A DNA stretch of 64,000 nucleotides, taken from Nemertoderma westbladi (Eukaryota; Animalia; Xenacoelomorpha). The stretch is taken from contig JAUCBJ010008182.1 in assembly GCA_032718475.1 (NCBI GenBank), forward strand, positions 1 through 64,000, in the 5' to 3' direction. Shown here piece after piece: positions 1 to 12,650 of the stretch. The position numbers were made by a program, and so were the translations under genes. Under the pieces are notes generated by a model that saw only the letters and a list, made by a program, of their open reading frames with translations, was not told where the DNA came from and made no database searches. Position 1 is the first letter of the stretch. Every line of letters starts with the position of its first letter.

Positions 1-593
1 CCCGAAAAACCTCTATGATTGATTAATGCATTGATGTTGTCTGTCTCTTTCGAAAATGGTGTTTTTTGTGGTGTTCTAATCTTCATTAGTAGTTGGATAA
101 AGAACCTCTACCAGCATTTCCTTGCAGCATATGTTTGTGACATCTGTTTGCTCATCTGATTGCTCACCCAGTGGGCTACCACCTATTGGTGAATGTTTCA
201 AACAATTCAAAATGGTAGTCTTTAAGTCAAAATTATTTGTCAGTTGAGCGGATGATGTCTGATGCATAAACTTAGATACTACTGAGAGGTTAATTTTTGT
301 AACAGCCTCAGATACTCGCGAACAAATGCGCTCTACTGTGAGTGAATGGAGCTTCCACTAATGCCAGCTAAGTACTATTTTTGGTAATTCTGTATTATCA
401 ATTCCGAGGATCATATTCGCGTATCAAAAAAATATAACAAATAACCTTTATTCCAATATTAATAATTTAAGTTTATACTCTAGTAAGTTTATAAAAATAT
501 CATAAAAATAAAATAAATAATAAAATAATAATTATAAATTTAATAACAAGCATAATTTCTGCATTTAATTACAATTCATTCATTATTTTGTAG

Positions 594-800
594 TAATAAC
601 GAAGATTTCACAGTTTACATTGTCATGCCCATGTTCCCAGAAGGCGATCCAAATGCAGCAGCCACCCAAGAAATCCTCCAATGGCAATGCAGAACGATGG
701 AAATGATGTACAAACGATTGGCTGAGTGTTTGAGGACTTCAGATAGACCAGGAGGAAGAGCATTAACCGAATATCTACGGTTTTATTGTATAGTAAACAG
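594..800 (+). CDS. PLD: Phospholipase D, penultimate coding exon (gene begins upstream of window)
   Basis: Acceptor ttttgtag|594. Translates NNEDFTVYIVMPMFPEGDP..TQEILQWQCRTMEMMYK..YLRFYCIVNR, matching the plant C2-PLD VYIVIPMWPEG..ILxWQxxTMxMMY and FFCLGNRE motifs. Donor AG|gtatgt at 801. Confidence 0.9.
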
Positions 801-908
801 GTATGTTATTTGTTTCTGTTGCCTTTCAAAATTATAGCATAGTTTAGATATGTCATACATTATGGCTTTCAGGAATTAATGCTTACTATATAATATTTTT
901 ATTTGAAG

Positions 909-1461
909 GGAGGCGGATTTACCTGAAGACATCTGCGTGGGATCGACCGCAGTCGAGACAAATCTGCAGTCAACCCGTCGGTTCCCGATCTACGTTCACT
1001 CAAAGATGATGATAGTAGATGATGAAGTGGCAATCGTTGGATCTGCAAACATCAACCAGCGATCAATGAGTGGAGGACGTGACAGTGAGATTGCGGTTGG
1101 GGCCTACCAGCCGGGACACGTAGACGATGGAGCCACGGCACCTCGTGGAGTGGTCCACGGCTTCCGAATGTCATTGTTCGCCGAACATTTAGGAACAGAG
1201 TTTGTGAACAACATTGAACGATTTCTTGAGCCGAGCAGAATTGATTGCATTAAAACTGTGAACCAGTTAGCGGAACGCAACTGGGAGTTATACATGCAGA
1301 ATGAACCCAACGACCTACCTGGACACCTAATTCCCTATCCTCTAGAAATTTCCCCAGATGGATATCTGGAATATAAATCTGGAATGAATAACTTTCCTGA
1401 TACTCAAGCAAACATAAAAGGAAAATGTTCTAAAATGCTACCCGATGACCTAACAACTTAG
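909..1461 (+). CDS. PLD: Phospholipase D, last exon with second HKD catalytic motif
   Basis: Intron 801-908 (gt..aag) is phase-compatible and restores CIVNRE. Contains [12 protein letters not shown] (HKD), [37 protein letters not shown] and C-terminal FPDT..LPDDLTT*. Confidence 0.93.
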
Positions 1462-2661
1462 CTTAATCTTATCATACTGTACAGTAGTACCTTTCCATGT
1501 ATTGTTTTATGTAACCCCATTTGGATAATTTGGTCGATAAACGCATGCTATTAGGCAATTTTATAATTTTAAACTTAAAACACATTTTTAAAAACAAATT
1601 GTAAACTCTTAAAGTAAGACTGGATGGTGGGAAACTGTACTAAGGAAAACTACAGTCTGATGCTAATTAGGGAGCCTTGGCAAAATATGGTGATGTCAGT
1701 ATCTATTTAAGTTTAAAATTTACAGGGAGCCGCTCCGAGATGCTTTGATATTGTGAATTCAAAATCGATTTGGATGCAGATTTGCAAACGTATTAATCTT
1801 TTAGGTTTGTTATAAATAGTATTAAATTTTATAAACAAAAAATTTCGAAAAGTTGTCTGATTCTTTTATGCAGGGTGGCTATCTAGACACCCACAGAAAG
1901 TTTCAGAGTAATTGCTCAAAAATTGTAGAATTAGTAGGGTTTTGGTAGTAGGGTTGACAATTTCATAAAAAAAATATTTGTAGATAATCGACCTTTCCTT
2001 ATACGTAGTAATAGTAATTTCAATAGGAATCCCTAAATGGAAATTGTTATAACTTGAAAACTAAAAGAGCTATTAAATAGCGGTTTTCAGATTTGGAAAC
2101 ACAATTTCATCGTGCATTATAATAGATCATAAAAAAAAATTAGACATATTTGGGATAAAAATGGTGTACCCCATTCCCCACCCCCCCCTTAAGGAACAAA
2201 AAATTCATGAATAGACTTACACTAGTCGCATACATTAGCTATCATATACGTTAGACCAATCAATGGATATAAATAATACTGAAGACGTGTTTTAGAAGTT
2301 TATTGTTTCTAGGTTATGGATTACTTTGCAGGGTTATAATACTCTGTAAAGTAGTACTTTTGAGTGTCACGAGATTTCATCAGGGCTTTGATAAGTTGAA
2401 ATAATCTAACAAAATTAGATGTTAAACTGTTTTTACAAGGAATTCTACTGAATACGGCATAAATTATTTAGAAACAGATTAATACAAGTGATAACTAGAA
2501 ACGTACAAAGTTAGTTTATAAATTTCTAAAACTATGTTATTCACGATATCATTCAGTATAATCTGCGATGTTTGTTGCAACAATATTTAAATTATTAAAA
2601 TTATGGTCGCTTGCACTTATAATATACCGGGAATTATTATACACCGCACATTTGTTTTCCA

Positions 2662-2763
2662 TCATTTGTTGTTGAGAATGTTATCTATAGAAAATTTCAG
2701 TTTTTCAGATGTAGAAATAGTTGACGCGCCTCGTATTTGTTGGGAAGTGTCAGTTGTCTTCAG
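2662..2763 (-). CDS. Pax-like gene, last exon ending in eh1/octapeptide-like motif KFSIDNIL
   Basis: Acceptor ttttcag|CTG, phase 0. Translates LKTTDTSQQIRGASTISTSEKLKFSIDNILNNK*. Phase matches the donor at 2950. Confidence 0.75.
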   Translation of the reverse strand: MKTTDTSQQIRGASTISTSEKLKFSIDNILNNK

Positions 2764-2950
2764 CTGAAAAACAATAAAATAAATAAAAGCAGATGCAAGT
2801 AGGGTTGATAGTATATTAGTAGCAGCACCGGTAGCTGTACCACGTTTTAATAAGGTACCGGTGCCACCGGTATTAGATAAATCAATATACAAACAGCCTG
2901 TAACTGGCAATCATCACCAGGCCCACAGGCCCATCCCATTAATTAAATAC

Positions 2951-3204
2951 CTTTATTTTAGTTCCGCCACTCGCCGAATTAGGGATCGACATAACGACAC
3001 CTGGCGATCCGTTAATGTAACCATAGTTATAGTTCCGTAGGATTCTATTAATGCTGGATACACTGGGTACGTTAGTTAGGTTGCACACTCCATCGGCTAC
3101 GAGGTGTTCTCGTATCTCCCACGCGAATACAGTGACATTGCTGCGTTTGTATTGGAGTATGTGGGTGACAACGTTGGGGGTTGAGACTCTTGGTTTACTG
3201 CCGC
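2951..3204 (-). CDS. Pax: Pax-like gene, exon encoding paired-domain linker and RED subdomain
   Basis: Not in the ORF track. Acceptor cttacag|GC (phase 1). Translates [58 protein letters not shown]..., a clear paired-domain C-half, closest by eye to Pax1/9. Donor AAG|gtattt. Confidence 0.92.
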
Positions 3205-3796
3205 CTGTAAGCGAAATTGATGGTCTTTTATCTATTTACATAAATGTTTGTGAAAAGTGTCCTTTTCCGACAGCAGAATTATGAGCCGAGTGTATTTATG
3301 TACCGACCGAACGTGGGAAGTTTACATAAATATACAAGTTATTGGTTATCCAAGCTGAAAAGTGAAAAGTACGCTTCTAAGACAATGTTGTACGTAATTT
3401 TATTTGTAATTTGTATTGAATTTTTCGCACTATCAAATCGCCAGGGCGACATATTTTCTAACTTTATATTTCCAGTATATCCAGTATGTCACCGCGTCAT
3501 TATTAGGTAGGTATAGAAAATTTATGTGGGATGTTACTAAAATAGCATAACTACAAATAATTCCCCACAAATTAATAAAATTACATTCGCCATTGTTCAT
3601 GTTCTTTTACTTATAACTCGTGCCGTAAAGCTATAAAGTGCTACTTTATGAACAATGACGTACTGTATAGTTATTATTACGTTACGTCAACTTATCAGCG
3701 TTATATTAATTCGATACACCCCCAGGCGGGGTAAATGGAAACCAGTAAAATTTATGTACATAAATAAATAGAAAATAAATTGAATACAATTATTAG

Positions 3797-6571
3797 TTAT
3801 TGAGATGCGAGACGGGAAAGTGGAGGGCAGTCGCTGCAGTTCAATGCATGATATCGTCGTGTACATGGGAGGTTACAATACTGACATATACATTCGGTGG
3901 ATAGCGAGTGGAAAGGCGTTTGGTTGACGCAGATTAGGTGGTGGAACCCATGGGCGGTCGCACGAGTAATAACGTGCCTGTTACGCTGACCTGCCATCTT
4001 CCAATGGGAATTCTGGAATCCGGGGCCGTCCAGAAAAGATTCTGTGATGAAGTTGTTGTTACGTTCGCGTCGGTGCTCGCGGTATCTGGAGGAGACGTCA
4101 TCAGTTAATAAGTCTGGATATTTCAATAGTACTGCGGCCATAAATGGAGGTTCGTTAATCAAGTTTAGAGCGAGTGTAGAGGAGGCTGATGTGTGGAGAG
4201 ACAACATTCTTTTGATGTGTTGAGTCTTTATTTTATCCAATTCTTTAAGGTTCTGTAATGTTAGGTATTTACCAATACTAGTTATTAGGTAGAGTGCTGA
4301 AGGGGCAATTTTCATGTTGAATATTTTTAGTCCTGTTTCAATAGAGAGTAAACGGAGATGTGTCAGTGAACCGATCGTTGAATAAGCAGTGGCTTTCTTT
4401 AACTGGATGTGCTCAGAGAAGCAGAGGGACGGTTGAAGGACTAGTCCGAGATACTCGTAACGGTTGACGATTTCTATGGGAGTGTTATTGTAGGTAAACT
4501 TGTCTGCGCGAGCTAGACGCCCGGCTTTACGGAATTTAATAATTTTAGTTTTCTTTAAGTTTACAGTCATTCCGTTTAGGAGGCACCAGTCATATAACGC
4601 ATCGAGAGCGCGTTGTAGTTCCTCGCGGTCATCGGAATACAGTGCCAGATCATCTGCGTAGAATATCAGTTTAATAAATCGACACACCCTAAGTATTGTG
4701 TGGGCGAGATCGGCGATAAATATTATAAAACATGTTGGGGATAGACAATCACCCTGGAGGATTCCGCGAAGTTGCTTAATGGTTTTCGATAGACGGAGTC
4801 CGTCGTATATTCGGATGTCATTGTTTAGTAGATCTTTAATTATACCGTAAATCTTCCCTTTAATACCAAAGTTATATAACTTGTAAAGAAGAACTGCCCT
4901 TGGGACAACATCAAACGCCTTCCGGAAGTCGACGAACGCGACGAAAACAAATCGCTTGCCGGAGCCAGTTCGCCGGAAGGACGCCGAGATATCGGCAAGA
5001 AGTTGCTCCACCGCGTGGCGAGTAGACCTCCCCTGCATAAATCCGTATTGGACCCCGGGTATTAGGTGGATTACGTGTAGGCGAATTCGCTTATTAATTA
5101 TCGATGTAAATAATTTCAGGAGAACCGAGAGGAGAGCGATTCCTCTATAATTATCTGGATCTGTTACAGAACCTTTTCGTTTGTAAAGGATCTTTATGAT
5201 ACTCTGATACCACAGTGTTGGTAATTTCCCGAGGTTAATACAGGCATTGTATAAGAGTGTTAAGGGGACTAGAATAAATACGATGGTGGACTTTAGGTGT
5301 TCATAGAACAGTTGATCGGGGCCGCAGGATTTATTGTTCGCAGAATCGCGGATGGTTGCCGCAACTTCCTCGGCTGTGATTGGTTCATTGAACCATTCAG
5401 CGGAGGTTCGCTCACTGTCGGAAGAGTCGGGAACCGTTGGGCAGGATGGCGGGATGTTAGGGGTACCGACGAGGTTGGAGAAGTGGGACTCCAGCCTTGT
5501 GGAATCTATGGGGGCGACTGAGGATTGTGTATCCTTAAATAGGAGCCAAGGTTTCACCTCGGCTTTATTGAGTTTTTGTAAGAGGCAGTTGTCCTCGTAC
5601 TCTTGTCGTTTCGTTTTGATTAGCTTCTTATACTGTTTACGTTGATTCCAGAATTCCTTATTGTCGTCGCTAGACTGTTCGCGTCTCCTCATTGCCAGTA
5701 AGAGGGAACGCTTAAGTCGTTGGCAGTCAGTATCGAACCACGGTTTACCAGCGGATTGTTGTGGTTTCTTAGGGATCGTCGATTCCGTTAGTGTTTGTGT
5801 CAGTAGTGTAGTCGCTAGGTCAATATCTGAGTCTTCCAGAGCATTGCTGATTCCACTGGCCAATATAGTTGGGTGTACCCCAAGTTTATTAATGTCGATC
5901 TTTCGGCTTAACATGGGAGGTCGATAGTCTATATCTATAAGAGGGTCGGGAATATAAATTGTTGCTGTAACGCGTTGGTGTTTTCGGATCGGGTTAGTGG
6001 TTACAGTTATTGTATGCGTCTGATTTGTAGGACCCAGGAGTCTTACGAACACTAGGTCAATACAACTCGTTCCCTGTGGAGAGCAATAAGTTGCTACGGT
6101 TGGGTCGTTTAAACATATAAACCCTAGGTTGGACAGATAGTCGCTGAGCTTAGAACCCCGGTCGCCGGAGTCGAGACGGCAGTTGAAATCCCCACCGATT
6201 ATAGTGGTTTTGTTTGGGTCAGTTTGTGCAAGCGCGCCTGCGATGATGAGAATAACGTCTTCAACCCGGTGGTTTGGATTGAAGTAGAAAACCGCTATGT
6301 TGGATGCCCGAGTGTTGATGATAATGAACTGTTTTTCTGTTGCGATAAGAGATGGATCTAAATTAGGTTTGCATAAGATAGAGAGTCCCTCTGAAGGGCG
6401 CCCCCTTCTTTGAGTGACGGCTGGTTCTATAAATGGATAATAGTTATTTACATTACACAAAGTTGATTTCGAATAAAATGTTTCAGTTAGTAATAATACA
6501 TCGTCATTAATAAATAGCTCATCCGGGGTCAGGTTATCTAGAATAAACTGTAGCCCTTCGACGTTCCACAC
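3797..6571 (-). CDS. LINE ORF2: AP endonuclease, reverse transcriptase, C-terminal Cys/His zinc finger
   Basis: WNVEGL, LTETF, GGDFN, IDLVF (APE); YRGIAL, FVDFRKAFD, QGDCLSP, YADD, YLG (RT); C-terminal HHLIC..H..CxCxxC..H...C. No ATG at the start; the frame is open into the end of ORF1. Confidence 0.93.
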   Translation of the reverse strand: MWNVEGLQFILDNLTPDELFINDDVLLLTETFYSKSTLCNVNNYYPFIEPAVTQRRGRPSEGLSILCKPNLDPSLIATEKQFIIINTRASNIAVFYFNPNHRVEDVILIIAGALAQTDPNKTTIIGGDFNCRLDSGDRGSKLSDYLSNLGFICLNDPTVATYCSPQGTSCIDLVFVRLLGPTNQTHTITVTTNPIRKHQRVTATIYIPDPLIDIDYRPPMLSRKIDINKLGVHPTILASGISNALEDSDIDLATTLLTQTLTESTIPKKPQQSAGKPWFDTDCQRLKRSLLLAMRRREQSSDDNKEFWNQRKQYKKLIKTKRQEYEDNCLLQKLNKAEVKPWLLFKDTQSSVAPIDSTRLESHFSNLVGTPNIPPSCPTVPDSSDSERTSAEWFNEPITAEEVAATIRDSANNKSCGPDQLFYEHLKSTIVFILVPLTLLYNACINLGKLPTLWYQSIIKILYKRKGSVTDPDNYRGIALLSVLLKLFTSIINKRIRLHVIHLIPGVQYGFMQGRSTRHAVEQLLADISASFRRTGSGKRFVFVAFVDFRKAFDVVPRAVLLYKLYNFGIKGKIYGIIKDLLNNDIRIYDGLRLSKTIKQLRGILQGDCLSPTCFIIFIADLAHTILRVCRFIKLIFYADDLALYSDDREELQRALDALYDWCLLNGMTVNLKKTKIIKFRKAGRLARADKFTYNNTPIEIVNRYEYLGLVLQPSLCFSEHIQLKKATAYSTIGSLTHLRLLSIETGLKIFNMKIAPSALYLITSIGKYLTLQNLKELDKIKTQHIKRMLSLHTSASSTLALNLINEPPFMAAVLLKYPDLLTDDVSSRYREHRRERNNNFITESFLDGPGFQNSHWKMAGQRNRHVITRATAHGFHHLICVNQTPFHSLSTECICQYCNLPCTRRYHALNCSDCPPLSRLASQ

Positions 6572-6597
6572 AGAGAGTTTAATCGATTGGGGGAGCG

Positions 6598-7372
6598 CTA
6601 TGGAGGGGGTGGGTTGCGGGTGAGGTTGTCGTCCCCCGAGACCGCGGTAGCTGAAGTTGCGACTGTCTGCAGTAAAGGGACCGGGTTTGGGTTGAGTAAT
6701 CGAGGTTTGAGTCCATATCGAACACGTTCTTCGTCATTGAGTGCGTAGTTCCGGATGCTGATGCCTGCACCCCAGGCATCGGGGTTCATTAAGGAATCTC
6801 GATCGACTTGATCACAGATCACGTGGAAGCTAATAAACGGGGAGTCTGTTCTTGGGATGATGGGTATTACTTCCTCGAAGGGGAGTTCCTCCTTTGGTTA
6901 GGTAGTTGCTAACCTCCTCGGCGGTGACGGACGGATCTAGTCTGCCTATGTGGATGTCAGCCTTTCGGACTGTTGGCGTTTTCTGTTGGAGCTGGGGAAC
7001 TCTGAGAGTGCCACCAACCTTGTTCCCGCGAAGAGATTCTGGTCGAGGTGTGCGAGGTCCTGTAGGTAGCCTAGTGAGGTTAGATTCGCGGGGGACGTAT
7101 GAGGTTGGGGTTGATTCCAGGCCCCGAACCGGAGGGCTCGATGTTGGAACCAGAACCGTTTTAGCGTGGAGGAGCTCGTTCTTTGCAGCAATTGTTTCCT
7201 CGCGAGATTCGACGAGTTTACCGAGGGTTACCGTGTACATAGAGCTCATGGCGATAAGTTTTTCGGATACTGATTTCTCTTCGTCGACAGTTACTGATTT
7301 CTTTCGCTTGAAAGATTGAACTAAACGAATGATATCATCTTGAAGCGCTATAAACTTCGCGGCTTCCACCAT
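6598..7372 (-). pseudogene. LINE ORF1 with one frameshift near 6880
   Basis: ORFs 6830-7372 and 6598-6822 join if one C is removed from a C-run, giving IHIGRLDPSVTAEEV..SFHV..LMNPDAWGAGISIRNY, an RRM-like ORF1 pattern. Confidence 0.75.
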
Positions 7373-7628
7373 ATCGCAATAATAATCAGATAGTACAGTA
7401 GTAATACAGAAGTAGCAAAATTTCTAGGTCAGTAGTAGGTAGTCCAGTAACAATCTCTGCCTTTCATCAATCTTATTGTAGTACTTATGAAAGCTTAATT
7501 ATTAATATTAATATTGTATTGGTTAGGAATATTAATATCCTTTTAAGAAAACGTAATTAATTGCAGTTTCTCTAACATCAGCTCGATAAATAATCGTGTA
7601 CTTAGCATACAATGGATATATATCATTA

Positions 7629-8261
7629 TGGCCTACTATTTATACACCATGTGACACACCCGTAATATAGTGTCATTTTCTGATGACACGGACCCCCCCA
7701 AAATTTTCTACAAATCTTTATCATATTGCTTGAAATTTGAAACACAACTAGTTCCACTCACCGTCGATGTCAACACGAAGCCTGAATTTTTGATTTTGCC
7801 TGTAAATTTTTTATAAGCGTTTAAAAAAAGTGTCTTTTGTGAAATTGCTCTTCTCCCATCGTTGCCATTTTCCATATAGTAAAGAATTTTTCATATCATT
7901 AGAAAGCTTGCGTTGCAAGGATTCCAAATATGTAACAATATCTGAAGAATCTCATTCTCTCATTCGAGAATTTTACGTATTTATTAAATTGAATAAATGG
8001 CTTACAGCGAACGATAATTTTTGCAATCTTTGAACATCAGCTTTGCAACGCAAGCTTTCCAATGATATGAAAAATTATTCACTAATATGAAGAATGGCGA
8101 CGATAGGAGATATGCAATTTCGCAAAATACACTTTTTTAGAATGCTTATAAAAAAATCAAAGGTAGAATCAGGTAAAATCAAAAATTCCGGCTTCATGGG
8201 GACATCTACGGTGAGTGGAAGTAGTTGTATTGTCATGTTGTCAAGGTGTATAGTAGGCCAT
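7629..8261. mobile_element. Non-autonomous foldback/MITE-like element with long imperfect inverted repeats
   Basis: About 7741-7920 is the imperfect reverse complement of about 8041-8231. Outer ends ggcctacta..tatacacc and ggtgtatagtaggcc are also inverted. Confidence 0.7.
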
Positions 8262-8806
8262 CATATCATCACATCAATGGAGAATACTAGACTGTTCTAG
8301 AAGTTTATGGTTTCTAAGTTAGTGATTACTTCGCAGCGTTCCATTTAATTATATACTTAACATCATTAATATGATAATAATGATTGTCTATCGTACATTT
8401 CCATCTACCTTTTAAATGTTAGTACATTTTTTGATGAATTTAGTGATACATTGCAGAGACTAATTGTGGCTCCATTAATCGTGTACTTGGGGACTTCAAT
8501 TTTCACGTAGACGACCAACATAACAAAGAAGCGGCCGCACACATTAGACTTGGTACTAGTACATAAATACCATACGTTAATCATATATATTTAAAACAAA
8601 ATTACGTTTAGATTTGAGTTAAATTTATTTTTATTTATTCCCCCAGTGCATGATTTATATGAAATCACGTGATATCCGGTCGCAATCGGAATACCCAAAG
8701 TATTTGCAGTTTACTATGTGACATACTGTACTTCTCTACAAAGTTAATGTAGCCAATAACTCAGAAGTCGTTAAATTATTTAATTAAGCAATTGTGCTAG
8801 ATTTAC

Positions 8807-9049
8807 CTTGTGTAGAAGATGATCCTTGTCTCGAGTATTTCCTGGTCTCCAAGCGATCAACCAATAGTTTTACGAACTGCATTCCGTCGCTTCTCATTGG
8901 ATGAGGAAAATCGATTTGTTGTCTTCCCATTGGAAACCTGATGGATTCGTTTAACTGTGGGTAACGCATGGCAACCCTGTAAGCAGCAGCTGCTGAATTC
9001 CAAGACTGTTGGTTTGTCCAAGAATCATATTTCCTGATATACAGTCGGT
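8807..9049 (-). CDS. Pax-like gene, predicted coding exon 2 (no recognisable PAI subdomain)
   Basis: ttttatag|AC acceptor and CAAG|gtaaat donor. 243 nt open frame, phase 1 at both ends, joins in frame to GGSKP. Confidence 0.6.
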
Positions 9050-9277
9050 CTATAAAATAGACGTCGAACAATTAGGACTTTATTATTTTAATTAAATAAC
9101 TAGTTTTCAATAATTTCCTGCGAAGAAGTGTATTTCTGTGAGTCAGAAAAATACATAATAAATATAAAGTAAAATACATTTAATTATGAATTAATATGAA
9201 ACGAATCAATATGTATGGAATTAATACTGATGAATTAATTTATGAATTAATTAATGAATATGAAACATCAGCATTAC

Positions 9278-9311
9278 CTTCAACATTATCAGCAACAGAC
9301 TTCGCCTCCAT
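9278..9311 (-). CDS. Pax-like gene, predicted first coding exon (MEAKSVADNVE)
   Basis: ATG at 9311 with upstream in-frame stop, GAAG|gtaatg phase-1 donor, and tcttttcag acceptor at 9360 implying an upstream UTR exon. Confidence 0.5.
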
Positions 9312-9459
9312 GTCTGTTGATAGACGATTGATTAAGCTGCTGCCTTCTGATCAAAGAATCTGAAAAGATGTCAGTCGATCGATCGATGTATCTTATTTAA
9401 TAATCTTTTACCCTAAAACTGTGTGGATAATGTTATCTGATGTATTTATCCAAATGAAT

Positions 9460-9700
9460 ATGAACACAGATTCGTAACCGGGCGTTCAGATTTATAACCA
9501 GAAGCTAAGATTTGTAAACATGTTCTCCAATTCAAAACTGTGATATAAGATAAGTAACTGGGAACTACAATTCATAACCAGTACTCCGTTTCGTAATCAT
9601 GAACACGAATACGTTACCAGGTGGTCAGGTTTATAAGAGGAAACACAGATTCGTAACCGGTAACCAATGCGTAACTACGTGCAATGATTTATAACTGGAC
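9460..9700. repeat. Degenerate ~20-bp minisatellite (gattYRtaacc-like units)
   Basis: About 11 decayed units such as gattcgtaaccgg, gatttataaccag, gataagtaactgg, gatttataactgg. Confidence 0.55.
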
Positions 9701-11234
9701 ACTCAGCAGCATGAGATATTGAGGATTTTTCTAGATCTGAAATATTAGGCTGATTCATTAACCGGCCGAATATTCAATCAATTTACAAAATTAAATGAAA
9801 TATTTTCTTGAAAATTTTCTGGCATCCGCATCATACTATGTATAATAAAACTGCTGTTAAGTTATCAGCGATTCAAATCACATATAACATATATTTTCAA
9901 TCACGGAAACTACACATTTTACAACTTGAATCAGTTTGAATTTTGCCAAATACTATTTATTTCTTACTATATATTTATTGAGTAACATGGTTTCATTCGC
10001 ACTTCCATTCCAGGAGGTAATGACAGAGGTTCACATGTTCCTCGAGCTACACAGCTACAGTATCTGGAGTGAACAATTGTTGATAGCTTTAGTACATCGC
10101 ACGTGAAAGTGCGCCATTTTTAGAAAATTCTATAGTTCCTATGTCGGCAGCTTGGGGTCGAATAACCATTCACTAGGTCCACTAAATTGTAAAGCTACAT
10201 ACTCTATTCATTCATTTGTAAAACTAGTTAAAAAGTTAAGTTGGTTTACTAATATTAAAACGACTGAATTAGGAAAGAAATGTTCCACACAATTTGTACT
10301 GCTACAAGTTTATATAAATATGCTCTTAAGTAAAGTTTCGGGATGTGTTGATACAAGTATGATGTGATTTCGAAATTTCCTAAGTCTTATAACACTGAGT
10401 TACAAAGAAGAGCTCAAGGATAAATCGATTAATTATATGGTTAAATCGTAACTAAGTAAACACTTATCGGCCTTGCCTTGTGTTATTCATCGTTAAATTA
10501 TTTTCTCCCGTTTAAACTAGATTTTGTCATTGTTTAGCTAAAGAAAGAGGTATAGTAATGGTCTCCTTGTGCAAAATGTTAAGAGTTTACGAGCTTTGAA
10601 TATGCACGCCCATTGCGCAAAACTTTCCCTTAGTGCCCAAAGATTTCGGCTTCTTTCAGGGCGGAACCTGTTTGCGTAGACCGCTGATCACTCAATGACA
10701 AGTGGTGAATTAATGTGTGGGATTTCCGGCGAATAAACCGACAAACACTTGAGTAATTGCTTGACACGTAGGGCGAATGGAGCCCGCTGTGTCCTTGTGG
10801 GGGGTACCAGGGTGGCGTTCGCTAAACATACATTGATACAATCCAGCTCTAATTACATCCACACTCTATAACCAGCGAGCACTATAATGGGACGTACTGA
10901 CTCACTTATATTTGGCCCCCTTTTCAAGGGCCTCGAGCACATGATTCTCCAAACGCGGTAGGCACAATATAATAGGAATGGGACATCGCCGCAAAACTAT
11001 TAGATTTATCAACATACAGGGTGGAGAAGCTACAAAAAATTTCGTACAATGTTTCATCTCAACATTTAAACAAACAGACGATGTGTTAAGTATCGATATA
11101 CTGTATTTTACAAATCATAGACCAATGCAGCCAAATTATTTATATGGCTATGATTTAGGTGCCACGATTAATAAACAATTAAACATGCATGACGGCATGG
11201 CAAGACGTTTAAGAATAGTGTCTTTAAACGATGC

Positions 11235-11548
11235 TACTACTACTACTAGGTCGAGCGAACTCGGACAGTGGAAATGAGATCCTTCCAGGCTTCCCGATTC
11301 TCCATAGTTGTCGCAATTTCGTTTCTCCCAAGTTCAGTATCCCTTTCAAGTTGATCTATATAATGTTATGGCAGGTCGTCCACGACTATGCTTTCCATGA
11401 GTTGGTTGCCAGAAAAGTAGATCTGGTATGACCTCGTCTTTACTTCGCCAGCAGTGCCCACTGAATCTTAATCTGCGTTCACGGAGGGTGGTTGATACAG
11501 GTGGTATTGTACCATAAAGCTCGGCGTTTGTCATGTGTGATGTTATCA
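11235..11548 (-). mobile_element. 5'-truncated RTE-type LINE 3' end
   Basis: Translates HMTNAELYG..RRLRFSGHCWR..LLFWQPTHGKHSRGRP. (TAG)n tail. 11-bp TSD TTAAACGATGC at 11224-11234 and 11549-11559. Confidence 0.85.
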
Positions 11549-12650
11549 TTAAACGATGCAATATTAATTTTTACATTAATACTAAAAAATATTAATATTT
11601 TGTTTCATTATGTCAAATTATCAGCGTTCTGGTGAACTACTCGTAACGATTCAAAGTGCAAATAGTCAGGTCGCAGCCGGTATATAGTCGTTTTTTTCAA
11701 TTTTTTCTCCACATTCCAAATGTTACCGTTTACCATGGCAACAGAAGCAAACTTGAATGGTCGGAAAATAATTATTGTCTGGACTTGGCAAAATGTAAGG
11801 AGACTAGATACAGAATGGATTATTTTTATTATTTTTAGATAGTTCGAACTGTATTAAATTTGGCAGAATGTAGTGAATTGTGACCATGGTTACAGGACTA
11901 CCACAGGTCTATTTCACAGGGTCTCAGGGACAATATATCTATAATGTTAGATTATTTATCCGAATGGGGAACAATTATTAATCAATGGTTATATATTTTT
12001 CGGATATTTACTGAAAATCGACGTTTGAAACTCGTTTATGAAACAGTTGACATGGTAAATGGGTTTTACAAAATTACGTCAATGGAATCTCTGATGCTGA
12101 TATGTGGGGGGTAGGTCAAGGATAGAAGACTGCATTTTTAATGGAAAGTAAATGACCTCCTGTTGTCATGGTAATATGGGACCGATAAATAATGTTGCAA
12201 AGTTGGTTCCCCTTAAAAAATAAAAGATATGGTAATTACCTACACCTGTGACAATTATGGTAGTTTATGGTAGTTTTTTTTATTTACTAAACGTTCGATT
12301 CTTTCTAAACTTTTGCCGGACTACATACGTACCAAGTTTCGTTTAGTTTCAACAAGGAATGACCGAGTTATAAGCGATCAAAAATTTACGACAAACGACG
12401 ACGACGACGACGACAGACAACTCGCCAATGGCACCCATATGCTAAGGCTTCGCTCACTTCGTGGCTCGCCCCACAAGCCTTTATATCCTCAATTTAAATC
12501 CTAATCGTTTCAGTTGAATCTGAGACTCATAAATTTCGTAACTGCCACTGGCGTCATATCTCTTAGTTCCCTATGGCCGCGCTATAATCAACTGGATAAA
12601 ATTATGATTTAAATACATAAATAATTTTATAACTCGGCACTTGAATTCAT

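Larger units (their letters stand above)
3705..7460 (-). mobile_element. Near full-length LINE (ORF1 + APE-RT ORF2) in a Pax-like intron; clade uncertain, ends approximate
   Basis: ORF1 remnant plus uninterrupted 924-aa ORF2. Short 3' UTR with small hairpin near 3717-3733. TSD not identified. Confidence 0.85.

Noticed and set aside
11670-12480. Helentron/DINE-like non-autonomous element with (GAC)n tract
   Set aside because: Repeat-like texture, but termini and subterminal repeats could not be defined.
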